A stretch of DNA of 64,000 bases from Sphyrna mokarran (lineage: Eukaryota): assembly GCA_024679065.1 (NCBI GenBank), contig JAGIQG010000023.1, positions 10,354,001 through 10,418,000 on the forward strand. Reading direction: 5' to 3'. The notes under the pieces are model-generated. The model was not told where the DNA came from and ran no database searches. It saw only the letters and a list, made by a program, of their open reading frames with translations. Each line of letters starts with the position of its first letter. Position 1 is the stretch's first letter. Shown one piece after another: positions 51,101-62,662 of this stretch. The position numbers were made by a program, and so were the translations under genes.

Positions 51101-54100
51101 ATAAAACAGGTCAAGTTTCTCTGGAACCTGGAACAATATTTAGCCCTTAAGCAATATCATTAAACAAAACAATTTATCTCTCCATTCATCTAATTGTTGT
51201 TTGTGAGAGCAGGCTGTGTGCAAATGAGATAGTAAATCTGCTAGCTTTCGGCGTTTGTGCCTTCATCAGGCAAATGAAGTGTTCTGGTCTCCAAAAGCAT
51301 ACATATGAGCACAGACAGTTTACAGATTGCTGATTAGAATGCGAATCCTATTAGATTAGAATGCGGATTCGCATTCTAATCAGCAATCTGTAAACTGTCT
51401 GTGCTGATATGTGTGCTTTTGGAGACCAGAACACTTCATTCGCCTGATGAAGGCACAAACGCCGAAAGCCAGCAGATTTACTATCAAATAAATCGGTTGG
51501 ATTTAAAATTGGTGTTGCCAGCCTCTTACTGAGTTTACCCCAGTCCAACGCCGGCATCTCTACATCATGCAAATGAGACGCCAGGTTTGTCACGTTGCAA
51601 CAGTTCCTGTGCACCAAAATGATTTCATTCTCTGTAAAGTGCTTTGAGGTGTTGTAAGGGAATTAAGACAACTTTATAAGGGCCTTCCTTGAAATATTTC
51701 TTTAACCAAATAGCCATGAATCAATTGTGAACCTGCACTGACTCTTTCCTATTCTCTATATCACAGTCTGGTTTTCATTGTGCTCGGAGTGCTGGGGGGC
51801 ATCCTTGTTCTGTTTGTTGTTTCTCTACTATTGTACCTGAAGATCAACAAGGGTGAGTTTCTATATCTCTTTAATCATTTCATTTTATATCGGTAGCTTG
51901 TCGCAGAATATATAGTTTGTTGCGTCAATCAACAATCACCTCTGATTGTTGTATTCTCATTCGAGTCAACACATATGGAAGAACAATTAAGTTGAGTCTT
52001 GCTGAAAAAAGAGAGACATAAGGCAGAATCCTCCCACATGGGGACTCAGGCCGAAATTCTCTGGCCATTCACGCCCTGCTTCCACTGTCAGCAAGAAGGG
52101 GGAATTTGGAGAATCTCAGCAGTGGGCGAGGTCGGAAAATTCGACCTGAAATCTGGTGGTAGGGCAAGAACAGGGAGTGTTTCCCACTGAGGATAACAAC
52201 AGGAAAATACACCATATCTTCAGGCTCCAAATACTTTTATTATACAACCAGTGATTTAGCACCGCATTCTGTGGTGAGGGGTGGGGTGGGGGGGAGATGG
52301 CGGGTATGATAGTGCACCTCCTTTATCACATCTGGCTGCCATATTTAAAAAGTGCCCCGCATCACTGACCCAGTGTTGGAAGAAATAAGGTAGACCTCCT
52401 GAAGAGGCTGAAACTGGAAAAGATGGACCTCCAGGAAGTTAGACGCAAAGGTAGTGGAGTCTAAAAATGGAGGACATAGGTTTAAAGTGGGAGGGGAGAT
52501 ACGAAAGGGCCCAGAGGGGCAATTTTTTCACAAAGAGGGTGTTGAGTGTCTGGAACAAGTAGGAGGGATAGGTACAGTTTTGTCTTTTAAAAAGCATTTA
52601 CATAGTTACGTGGTTAAGATGGGAGTATGGGCCAAACAGGGGCAATTGGAACAAGCTTCATTTATGGAAAAATTGGACCGAAGGGCCTGTTTCCATACTG
52701 TAAATGTCTATGGTTCTGTCACTCTGAGGCTGGAAGATGGACCTTTTCAATGACACTAAAGCTCTGCCTGAGAGATATGCCCAGATGTGTTCTGGACTAG
52801 TGTGTTTTTCCATTGGTTTCGCAGAGAATCGGGTGTTAGGGTGAGGATTCTATTCAAGTTTTCACCTGCATCCCATCAGCAGGATGCAGTCCAGTTTCAC
52901 ACTGGTCTCCAATGGGATCCCAGATATGTCATGGCTGATGGCATGAGATCCCACACGGGGGAATTCACACACTGTGAAACCAATCTTTGAGCTAGATTTC
53001 TCCTCCTCCTCTTCCTCTACTGATGAACCTGCATGCTGCCAAAGCATGCTGTCAAAGCAATTAATTCTCCCTTCTCAGGCAGTATAAATTGTTGTTGGTA
53101 TCCTTGTGAGCTATCCTGACAAGAGCAAGATGAAAAGCATCAACAACATGCCTATTTTTTCAACAGTACGCCACTTCCATTCCCACCAAACAGCTTCCTG
53201 TTTCTGGGTAACAACAATTAATATTGAATTTTGTATTAATAAAACTTTACGAGTTTAGAATGACAGAGGTGTATGGCAGGAAATGATTTGGTCAAAATGT
53301 GATATATCAGCTTTGGTCTTTCAGCTTTAAGACTGAGTTTCTATGATGCAGCCATTGTAATTAGAAATTGAGGATTTAATGTGCTAAACTTCTCCCATTT
53401 GATCTAATTACTATAATCCACAATCAAATCCAGGACAGATACTTTTTTAAAGGGTATTAGTTTGCAAGTTAAATTATCAGCATTGAAATGTTTACTGTAT
53501 ACTCAAGAAAAGTTAAAATTTATTTATTAGTCACAAGTAGACTTATATTCACATTGCAATGAAGTTACTGTGAAAATCCATTCATTGCCACATTCCAGCA
53601 CCTGTTCAGGTACACTGAGGGAGAATTTTTATTTATTCATTCGTGAGAAAGTGCATCACTGGCTGGCCAGTATTTATTACCCAACCCTAGTTGCCCAAGG
53701 GCAGTTGAAAGTCAACCACATTGCTATGGGTCTGGATTCACATATAGGCCAGACTGGGTAAGGACTGCAGATTTCTTCCCCTAAAGGACATTAGGGAACC
53801 AGATGGATTTTTCTGACAATTGACAATGGTTGCAAGATCATCTGTAGATTCTTAATTCCAGATTTTTTTCTTTTTTTAATTCGACCAGCTGGAATTCGAA
53901 TCTGGGTTCCCCATAACATTGGCTGGTTTCTGGATTAATAGTCTCGTGATAATACCATTAGGCCATTGTCTTCCCTAAAGCAGAGCCAATTCACCTAACC
54001 TGCGCATCTTTGAATTGTGGGAGGAAATCGGAGCACCCAGAGGAAAACCACGCAGGCACAGAGAGAACGTGCAAACTCCACACAGACAGTGATCCAAGCT

Positions 54101-57100
54101 AGGAATCAAACCCTGGTCCCTGGCACTGTAAGGCAACAGTGCTGACCACTGTGCCTCCATGCCACCCCCTAGCAGTAACTAGGTTCTCTCTAAAATTGAA
54201 TAGTGTTCAGCTTTCTGTTTAAATCGGCTTGTTTTGCTACTTGCTGAGTGAATGGATTTTCTTGTTGTCAAATGAATCAGAAGTTCCCCACCTCCAACTC
54301 CCACTACGGTGTCAATAGACACTCTAAACTGAGGCCCCAATTTTAACTTCCTCTTACAGGGATTATAGTGAGTAAATATTGGGCCTCTAATTTCTGTGAC
54401 AAATTGTTAGACCTTCCAACAATGGCATACATTTCAAGAAACAAAAGAGAAAATGCTAGAAAATCTCAACAGGGCTGGCAGCATCTGTAAGGAGAGAAAA
54501 GTCTGACGCTTCAAGTCGAGATGACCCTTTGTCAAAGCCTTTGACCCTTTATCAAAATTGAGCTTTGACAAAGGACTTGAAACATCAGCTCTTTTCTCTC
54601 CTTAGAGATGCTGCCAGACCTGCTGAGATTTTCCAGTATTTTCTCTTCTAGTTTCAGATTCCAGCATCCACAGTAATTTGCTTTCATATGGCACAGGAAC
54701 TTGTTTTCTGGATTGATTTGTTTTTTCTCTGTGTCACTAAATCCAAATCACACAGGAGTTAATGTTCACATTATTAAGCTGGAAGAGAGCTATGTAGAAA
54801 TAAATAGGAAGAATATCAGGTGATCTTTCTGAGACAATCAGCTCTGTCAGAGTGAATAGGGCAAACTTTTCTATTCCGCTAGCCACAGGAATGGCAGTGG
54901 GTGAGGGGTGGACCATGGAAACATCTGTTGACTTTGGGCAGGATATTCTGGTTTCAGGGCAAGCACAGTGGGAAAATCCCACCCAGTGTCACATGTTAGT
55001 AGCATGGTCGCGAGGGTCTGGTATACGTGATCTATTTTATCTAGAAAAACTGTAGTCTTGGTCTGGAAAATGGGAATAAAATGAAGATTAAAGAATTGGA
55101 TGGAAGGAGATTGATAGAGATTCAGATGCACTTGATGTGCAGATTAACCTCATAGCAGGGTGAAAAGATATTTATGTAAGTAAAGTGGTGAATAATAGGG
55201 CATAGAATTATAGAATTAATGACAAAGAGGGTAGGAGTTTGAAAGGAGAAATAAGAATTAATGTCATGTTTGTATGCTACAAGTGTGAGTGACAAGGTTA
55301 CTTGTTCAGATAAGACAAGATCAAAGAGGCATACATCTATACATAAGTGACAGAGTTAGTCCTGCACTGGAGGGACCATCTAACAAGTGATCAATATTAT
55401 AGTCACACCCAACTAGAAACAGAGTTCCCCAAAAAATAAGATTTAATCCTGCAGACTGCTATTTTAAACTCCAGAGGCTTTACACTGAACTGGAAAACAA
55501 GTTTTCCAAAAGAAAGATAGAGGTCATGGTGGTTATTATTGATGGAGTTCATGTTAAAAACTGATGTGGAGATGCCGGCTTTAGACTAGGATGGGCACAG
55601 TAAGAAGTTTCACAATACCAGGTTAAAGTTCAACAGGTTTATTTGGGTAGCACAACTTTTGAAACCTATAAGATGTTATTTTGAGGAAGATATATTCCCA
55701 GATTTTAGGGAAGAAGATAGATTTGAAATGGAGTTAATTTAAGTATATTGTTTGTGTGTGAGCATTATTGCAATTAATTATAATCTTCATTCCGTATTGT
55801 TGTCTTTCTTGTGTGTTTTATAGTTTGCTGCCTTTCTTGTGTGTTTTATAGTTTAATAACCTTTTTCTAGTTGAATGGTTACAACAAGACTGAACTTTTC
55901 CTCACTTCCTCTCTTTCCTCACATTATGCTCAATCACAAAATGAACAGTTAAGAATCAATGTTCCAAGTTTCCCTTCTAGAATTTTGGGTGCCCTTGCAT
56001 TTAGCATCATCAGGATTCATAACATATTAAACTGGTTTATTAACACATATATAAGAGGTTACATAGCTGCATATCTCTCCTAAATGAAGACTGTTCCTCC
56101 TCTTTCCTGAGGAAGTAGCATGGGACCGTTGATGTCATTGATAAAACATAGTCCACATCACTCATTAGCATAGCTAATCCATTAACCTATCACATTACAA
56201 ATACAAATTCCATTTGTCAAGATTATTTGGTATTACAATGAGACCAGATTTGATTTAATTTGATTTATTATTGCCATATGTATTCGCATATTGTGAAAAA
56301 TATTGCTTCTAATGCACTATAAAGACAAAGCTTAGTGTTCATAGGGAAGGAAATGAGAGAGTGCAGAATGTAGTGTTACAGTCATAGCTAGGGTGTAGGT
56401 AAAGATCAACTTAATGCAACATAGGTCCATTCAAACGTCTGACACTGCAGGAAAGAAACTTTTTTGAGTTCGTTTGTATGTGACCTTAGACTTTTGCCAA
56501 CAGAAGAGGGTGGAAGAGAGAATATCCGGGGTGCGCAGGGTCCTTATTTATGCTAGCTGCTTTGCTGAGGCAAAGTGCAGACAGAATCATTTGGGAATCA
56601 ATATAGATCAATGGAAGATTATGCACATTTGCAACTCGTGATCAATTTAGAGGTTTTAAACCATTCCTGTTGTTGCTCTTTCAACAGTTATATTGTCATT
56701 TTTCAGGTTCAAGTGGCATTCTAAGTCATCAAAGAGATAAGACTCTTCATGATAATCAGGTAAGGAGAATAAATATGAACATTAATAACATTAGGAAATG
56801 AGGAAAGTTGGATGAATTATTGAGAATTTACATCAGGAATAGGCCATTCGGCTCAACTGCCTGATACTAGTTTTGATGCTCCTTATGAGCCTTTTATCAT
56901 CCCTATCAGCACATCCTTCAGCTTCTTTCTTCCTCAAATGCTTGTGTTGAAATGCAGCAAAGTTATTTGACTTAATTCATTTCCCAGGAAGGAATAAGGA
57001 AATCAAAAGAAAAACCAAAGGGTATCAGAATCATAGAATCCCTAGAACATTTGGCCCATTGATTCTGCACTGGCAACAATCGCACCCAGGCCTTATCTCC

Positions 57101-58533
57101 GTGATCCCACATATTTACTTATCAACACCAAGAGGGAATTTACAATGGCCAATCAACCTAGTCCATACATCTTTGGACTGTAAGAGGAAACCAGATGAAT
57201 CCCATGCAATCACAGAGAGAACATGCAAACTCCACACAGACAGCCACCCAGAATGTAAAATGTATTACCATAAAAGTTACCATAAATGCATTCCTTGGAA
57301 TAGAAATAAATGTTGAATGGGGTACAATTAAGATCATTGAACCATAGAATCTCTGCAGTGCAGAAGGAGGTCATCCACCCCATTGAGTTGACTCTCTGAA
57401 ATGGCATCTTACCCAGACCCAACCTCCCCTTACCCCCTTGCCCTATTCTCGTAACCCTGTTCATGTATAATGGCCAATCCACCTAATCTGGGTACTAAGG
57501 GGGAAATTTTATTATGACAAATACACCTGCACATCTTCGGACTGTGAGAAGAAATGGAGCATCTGGAGGAACCCATGCAGACACAGGGAGAATGCGCAAA
57601 CTCCACGCAGTCACCCAAGACCGGAATCAAACCCAAGTCCCTGGTACTCTAAGGCAACAGCGCTAACCACTGTATCATCATGCTGCCCAGTATTGAGAAG
57701 AACAACAATGGAAAGTCACTTTTTATGCTTTTATGATTTTTTAAAACTCATTCATGGGATGTGAGCATCATTGGCTCGACCAGCATTTATTGCCCAGCTC
57801 TAATTGACCTTAACTGAAAGGTTCACTAGGTTATTGCAGAGGGCATTTAAGAACAACCAATTGTTGTAGTTCTGGAGTCACCAGTAGTTGGTAGATTTCC
57901 CTCCAGAAAGGACATTTGTGAACCAAATGTTATTTTTAAATGGCAATTGATTCAAGGTCATCATAAGAATTTTAATTCCAGATTTTTGCTGAAATAACCT
58001 TTGTCTGTGGAGAGATTCAAACTGGAATCCCCAGCAAATTACCTTCCCTCACTGAATTACTAGTCCAGCGACAATGCTACTACATGACTGCCAATGCTTG
58101 TTGCTGTGCTGTAAACATCTTTAAACATTTTGCAATACTTCATAAGCTGATTTGCAATAATTGATAAATAATTTCCTTCTCAGGCCATCAATCAGGATGA
58201 TTTGAAATAAATGTGATTTTTTTTTTGTTATTTTAGCAGTTGGCAGCCATGGAAGAGAACGCTGTGTATGCAAAGGTAAACCGCACTCAAAAGAACGCAG
58301 CAGGAACTACCTCGTTGGATAATGATGGAATCACATATGCAGCAGTGCAGTTTCAGAAGAACGCATCTACAAGGAGAGGTGAAGTGTCACGTCACTCAGT
58401 TAACAACGCGGACAGTGTCGTCTACAGTGCTATCAGTATTCCGAGCCAGCCACAACGGAAAAATCGAGAAGCTCCAAGACTGGACACTCCACAGGAATCC
58501 GAAATGACTACATATGCTAACTTCACTCGTTAG
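36147..58533 (+). CDS. Gene B: paralogous CD300/CMRF35/pIgR-like (MDIR-like) inhibitory receptor, 404 aa; join(36147..36183,39113..39424,47466..47783,49096..49207,51767..51852,56707..56759,58237..58533)
   Basis: Seven GT-AG exons with the same phases as gene A form a 1215-nt open frame. The N-runs in intron 2 (each <230 nt) are too short to hide a full Ig exon if their lengths are real. Confidence 0.9.
36967..37287 (+). mobile_element. Full-length V-SINE
   Basis: Head, core and ctgtagggattctctgattctatga tail. Confidence 0.85.
39113..39424 (+). CDS. Gene B exon 2, CD300/pIgR-type IgV domain
   Basis: ITIDCHY..VKYWCQGWTRQC..DLRSGDAGWYSCGIETPGLDP; donor G|gtacgt. Confidence 0.95.
39964..40468. 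repeat. CA-rich simple repeat with N-runs (39964-40168, 40246-40468)
   Basis: CA-rich island between two N blocks. Confidence 0.85.
41310..41750. mobile_element. Cluster of family C pLTR-like arms in inverted arrangement
   Basis: aaatgctggaaaatcgcagcaggtctggcagc ... gctgcccgacctgctgagattttccagcattt. Confidence 0.65.
41896..41934 (-). ncRNA. Minimal type I hammerhead ribozyme (Penelope pLTR), intact
   Basis: UUCGC CUGACGA A GGC-loop-GCC GAAA GCUC GCGGA; stems I and II pair, palindromic AGCU stem III. Confidence 0.75.
43547..43585 (+). ncRNA. Minimal hammerhead ribozyme (Penelope pLTR); core intact, one stem I mismatch
   Basis: ttcgc CTGACGA aggctacaaaggcc GAAA gcta gcaga. Confidence 0.7.
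44272..44562 (-). mobile_element. V-SINE, CR1-type tail
   Basis: Head and tail similarity. Confidence 0.8.
44590..44735. repeat. Degenerate (TG)n
   Basis: Directly visible. Confidence 0.8.
45932..46175. repeat. CA-rich repeat followed by an N-run (46029-46175)
   Basis: Directly visible. Confidence 0.85.
47466..47783 (+). CDS. Gene B exon 3, C2-type Ig domain
   Basis: EPVSVPVL..VSCESVQGSLPIQYTWY..YYCTASN; donor G|gtaagt. Confidence 0.93.
48290..48715 (-). mobile_element. CR1 RT fragment
   Basis: WADRWQMELNLDKCEVMHFGRSN. Confidence 0.85.
49096..49207 (+). CDS. Gene B exon 4, stalk
   Basis: VPKYSCEAFTTESPTVTSTNTNSTGDHSESSELKNDE; acceptor tcatag, donor AG|gtacaa. Confidence 0.88.
49378..49935 (-). 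mobile_element. CR1 3' end interrupted by a MITE
   Basis: MRRIIFTLKVGRLWNLL and CR1 tail. Confidence 0.7.
49641..49752. mobile_element. PIF/Harbinger-like MITE with 3-bp TSD
   Basis: TCA-[gagtgggattttc..gaaaattcaaccc]-TCA inside a CR1. Confidence 0.7.
51228..51567. mobile_element. Non-coding fold-back Penelope pLTR element (family B) with 11-bp TSD
   Basis: 121-bp arms 51228-51348 / 51365-51485; TSD tgcaaatgaga at 51219-51229 and 51568-51578; empty site at about 16950 in gene A. Confidence 0.9.
51237..51274 (-). ncRNA. Minimal hammerhead ribozyme, intact
   Basis: UUUGC CUGAUGA A GGC ACAAAC GCC GAAA GCUA GCAGA. Confidence 0.75.
51767..51852 (+). CDS. Gene B exon 5, transmembrane segment
   Basis: SLVFIVLGVLGGILVLFVVSLLLYLKINK; acceptor tcacag, donor G|gtgagt. 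Confidence 0.92.
52450..52717 (+). mobile_element. CR1 3' end
   Basis: ggacataggtttaaagtg..gaccgaagggcctgtttcc. Confidence 0.75.
53510..54168 (-). mobile_element. V-SINE split by a second-family SINE
   Basis: Tail 53510-53630, insert 53635-53975, core and head 53990-54168. Confidence 0.75.
54438..54684. mobile_element. Palindromic family C pLTR-like element
   Basis: Inverted arms; absent at the paralogous site near 19450. Confidence 0.7.
56707..56759 (+). CDS. Gene B exon 6, short cytoplasmic exon
   Basis: GSSGILSHQRDKTLHDNQ; acceptor tttcag, donor gtaagg. Confidence 0.85.
57025..57690 (-). mobile_element. Two V-SINE copies
   Basis: Tails catagaatcc / catagaatctc with SINE cores. Confidence 0.75.
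58237..58533 (+). CDS. Gene B exon 7, cytoplasmic tail with ITIMs
   Basis: AVYAKV, ITYAAV, VVYSAI, TTYANF, then TAG. Confidence 0.93.
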   Translation, partial: QLAAMEENAVYAKVNRTQKNAAGTTSLDNDGITYAAVQFQKNASTRRGEVSRHSVNNADSVVYSAISIPSQPQRKNREAPRLDTPQESEMTTYANFTR

Positions 58534-59130
58534 GAAAACCTTTCCTGTTGCTTATTGCTCCTTTCTTTGGAGATCAGTTCCTCTTGCCATGCCCACATAT
58601 TTACTTTTGTCCAACTCCTTCTGGAACTTTGGAATTATTCCAGGCATTCCCACTCCTCCTCCCAGTTTGGTACCATCAGCAAACATAATCAATTCACTTG
58701 GAATTTCTGAGTCCGGGTTAATCGATTCAGAGAGAGTGGTCCCATGAGCAAGGCATGCCGCACCCCATTCAATATCTCCAAAGATGTGCAGTTTAGGTTG
58801 ATTGACCATGCTAAGTTGTCCCTTTAGATTCAGGAAGATTAGCAAGGTAAATAGGTGGGGTTTTGAGGATAGGGCTTAGGAGGATAGTCATTGGTGCACA
58901 CTTAATAGGCCAAATGGCCTCCTTCTGCACTGTGAGATCTTATCAGCAGTCACCCCCTCAAAGATCCCCAGCTACCCTGATAGCACTTTTGCCTCAGATT
59001 CATAGGTGCCAAGTTCAAGTTCCATTTGAGGGCTTGGCTGCAAAATTTGAATGTCGACATTCCATTGCAGTACTCCACTGGAGATGATTATAGTGGTTAC
59101 CTTGGTTTTTCACGTGAGGGTGAGCTTAAA

Positions 59131-59136
59131 AATAAA
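59131..59136 (+). terminator. Candidate polyadenylation signal for gene B
   Basis: AATAAA about 0.6 kb after the stop codon; absent from the homologous position downstream of gene A. Confidence 0.25.
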
Positions 59137-59334
59137 GTTCATATAGTCAGGATAGAATGGGAGAAAAGAATTGATGAAGTAGCAAAATGGGAGATAGGGT
59201 GATTCCAGTGGTGAGCCAGGCACCCATGAGAGTTACAACTCTTCAGTATTGGCCTGGAATCTCCAGGGATTCAAGGTGAATCTCCAGGACTCTGTTAAGT
59301 GCGTCCCTGGAGAAAAATCATCAGGACATTTTTA

Positions 59335-59730
59335 CTGGAGTTCAGACAAATGAGACGGGGAGCTCGTAGAGACTTGTAAAATTCTAACAGGACTAGATAA
59401 GGTAAATGCATGGACAACGTTCCTGATGGTGAGGAATTCTAGAACCAGGGGTCACAGTATGACGATTTTGGGGTAGGACATTTAGGATGGAAATGAGGAG
59501 ACATTTCTTCAATCGAAGAATGGTGAGTCTGTGCAATTCATTAGCACAGGAGGTAATTGATGCCAAAACATTGAATGTATTCAAGAGATATAGCACTTGG
59601 GGCAAATGGGATCAAAGGTTATGGGGAGATTAGGCAATTGAGTTGGATGATCAGCCATGATCACGATTAATGGCAGAGCAGGCTAGAAGGGCCAAATGGC
59701 CTCCTCCTGCTCTCAGTTTCTGTGTTTCTA
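59335..59730 (+). mobile_element. CR1 3' end
   Basis: agaaccaggggtcacagt..gaagggccaaatggcctcctcctgct. Confidence 0.8.
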
Positions 59731-60249
59731 TGTAAAATATGTATATTTTTTGAACATTTCTCTTTAACTGATATAAAAATATTGAAAATAAGGAAAAAGG
59801 CTGTTTGGCTGACAGTTAAACATCATCCAATTGGGAGCACCCGGAGGAAACCCATGCAGACATCAGGAGAATGTGCAGACTCCACACAGATAGTGAGCCA
59901 AACCAGGAATTGAACCCGGGTCCCAGCTGTGCTAACCACTCTGCCTCCGTGCTGCATCCCAAGTAGAAGAAGCTATTTAAAAAGATTCTTGTAGATCGAA
60001 GTCGGCGTGGTTTATGTTTGTGGAAGAAAAGCAGAAATGACAGCATAACTTTGTAGAACTGAAAATTAAAATTATCTGCCTCAGCTCTGTTTTCTTTGAG
60101 GGTTTTCTTCACATCTGTTGCAATACCAAAGAAACATTTCTGTCCTACAGCTGTGACAACCACACTGAGGTATAAATCACAAGTTTTTTCATTCTGTATT
60201 TCACCTTCAGTGACAAAAAATGAAACTCTGTTTCTCATTAACGCTAGGC

Positions 60250-60530
60250 ATCATAGAATCCCGACAGAGCAGAAGAGGTCATTTGACCCATCGAGTCTGC
60301 ACCGTCCATTATCCCACCCAAGCCCTATTCCCCCAACCTCATATATTTACCCTACTAATCCCCTGACACTAGGTTCAATTTATCATGACCAATCAATCTA
60401 ACCTATACATCTTTGGACTATGAGAGGGAAACGGAGCAAACCCAGGCAGAGACAGGGAGAATGTGCAAACTCCACATAGACAGTGACCAAGATCAGAATC
60501 GGGCCCAGGTCCCTGGCACTGTGCCATCCA
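60250..60530 (-). mobile_element. V-SINE
   Basis: Tail and core. Confidence 0.8.
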
Positions 60531-61629
60531 CTGCAAATGCTGGTTATCATTCAAATCTGGATTCAAAAACTGAGATGCTGTAGTCTGTCCACGTATGTAA
60601 AATCCAGAATAGGTTTTTGTTATTGTGCCTAAGCTGAATGTGAGTCTGTCACATTGTAAGGGGAGATAGCCTTCGCCTATTTTTACTTTTCAGAAAAGGT
60701 GATGGCCTGGTGTTGTTATCTCTAGACAATTAATCCAGAAATGCAACGAAAGTTCTGGGGGATCCAAGTTCCAATCCCACCAGCGCAGATAGTGGAATTT
60801 GAATTCAATTTAAAAATCTGGAATTTAGAATCTAGTGATGACCATCATCATCAGTTGTCGGAAAAACCTTATCTGATTCACTAATGTCCTTTAGGGAAGG
60901 AAATTTCCTGTTCTTACTGGTCTGGCCTGCATGTGAATACAGAGCCACAGCAATGTGGTTGACTCTGAACTGTCCCCTAGACAAGGGCAACTAAGGGTGG
61001 GAATAAATGCTGTCCAGCTAGTGACGGTCATACCCCACAAATGAATATTAAAAAAAATGTTTTAAATGGTTTAAAGAATAGTTCTGGGGATAATAGCACT
61101 GAGCAAGTCTCTTCAAATAGTATCACGGAACTCTATCATCTAGAAGAACAAAGACAATGGACCTGCCGCATATACCTGTATGTGCAAATTCCTCTCCAGA
61201 TCATTAATTATTCCGACTTGGATGCATGTTGCTGTTCTTTCAGTGTCGTTGGATGAACAATGTAGAAATAATCCCCTGACTCCCTAACATGGACAACTGT
61301 GTTCAAGAAGGTGCTCCATCACCATCTCCCCAGGGGCAATGAGGGATGGACAACTAAATATTGGCCTTGCTACTGATACCCAAATTCCAAGAACGAATAA
61401 AAGAAGTTTTTGTAAGTTTTAATATCCGCGTGATATAACCTTAAAAAAATTCCTAAACCAGGATTTTCCAGCCTCCCCTATAGCGAGACACACCACGGGA
61501 AATGTGACAGGCCAATCAATAGGTGGGACTGGCCAATTGTGATGACAGGCGGGTTCGGAAAATCCTACCCCGGTACTAAAAGGCATTGTATAAACATTGT
61601 ACTTTGTAGTCATGTTAAGATTAAAGAAG

Positions 61630-61810
61630 ATGACTACAGATGCTGGAACTGGAAATATGAGCAGGAAAATCTCAACATATCTGACAGAATCTGTGAAGAG
61701 TCTGTAGCTCTGATGAAGAGTCCTCCAGACTTGAACTGTTTATTCTATTCTCTCCCGACAAATGCTGTCGGCCCTGCTGAGAGTTTCCAGCATTTTCTGT
61801 TTTTATTTGC
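61630..61810. mobile_element. Family C pLTR-like palindrome with hammerhead-like core
   Basis: agct CTGATGA agagtc ctcca gactt gaac. Confidence 0.55.
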
Positions 61811-62329
61811 TGTGGCACTAAGTTCTGATAGAATAAAGAACTTGTGTTTTTGTAATGTTGCTTGCATCATTATTCATCCTCTTCTACCTGACTCAGATAG
61901 AAACATTTATAAATGGTTAATACAACAATTAGAACATTCCATCCATAAGAAAACATTTCTTGATTCTTTATCTGGGTCATTAGCGAATTGCTAATTCATA
62001 GTTATTGCTGAGAGATTTTTTTTATATTAAACTTTTAAAGAAGAAAAAGAGAAATAAAATAATGTTCGCCACCTCAGGAAGTTCTGACTTGCTTTACAGC
62101 CAGTGATGAAAATGTGATTGCCAAATTGCACATAGCAATTTCCCAGCAATAACTATGAAATGAGTTACCAGAATCAAGATTTTTTAAGTAATTGGGTTTG
62201 GGAGAACACTTCTTGAAAAAGTGTGGTGGGTTTAGTTTTAATATTGACTTGGAAAGTGGGGCTTATTGTGCATTATTGCCAGGCAGGAGTAGGGGCTCAA
62301 CTTTCTGGATTGTGATTTGTATTCAATTG

Positions 62330-62662
62330 AAACCCTACAGTGCACAAGGAGGCCATTCAGCCCATTGAGTCTGCATCAACAACAATCCAATGTCAGGTCC
62401 TATCCCCATAACTCCACGTATTTCCCCCACTAATTCCTCTACCCGATATATCCCGGGACACTAAGAGGCAATTTAGCATGGCCTATAAACCTAACCCCCA
62501 CATCGTTAGAGTGTAGGAGGAAACTGAAGTGCTTGGAGGAAACCCATTCAGACAGGGGAGAACTTGCAAACTCCATGCAGATATGACCCAAGCCAGGAAT
62601 CGAACCAAGTTCTCTGGAGCTATGAGGCAGCAGTGCTAACTGCTGTGCCATCATGCTGCCCA
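62330..62662 (-). mobile_element. Full-length V-SINE
   Basis: Head, core and tail. Confidence 0.85.

Larger units (their letters stand above)
50925..51690 (+). mobile_element. Old SINE (possibly Deu-domain type), split by the 51228 insertion
   Basis: actgagggagtgctg..aaacccagggcccc block, also seen at about 25080-25330. Confidence 0.45.
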
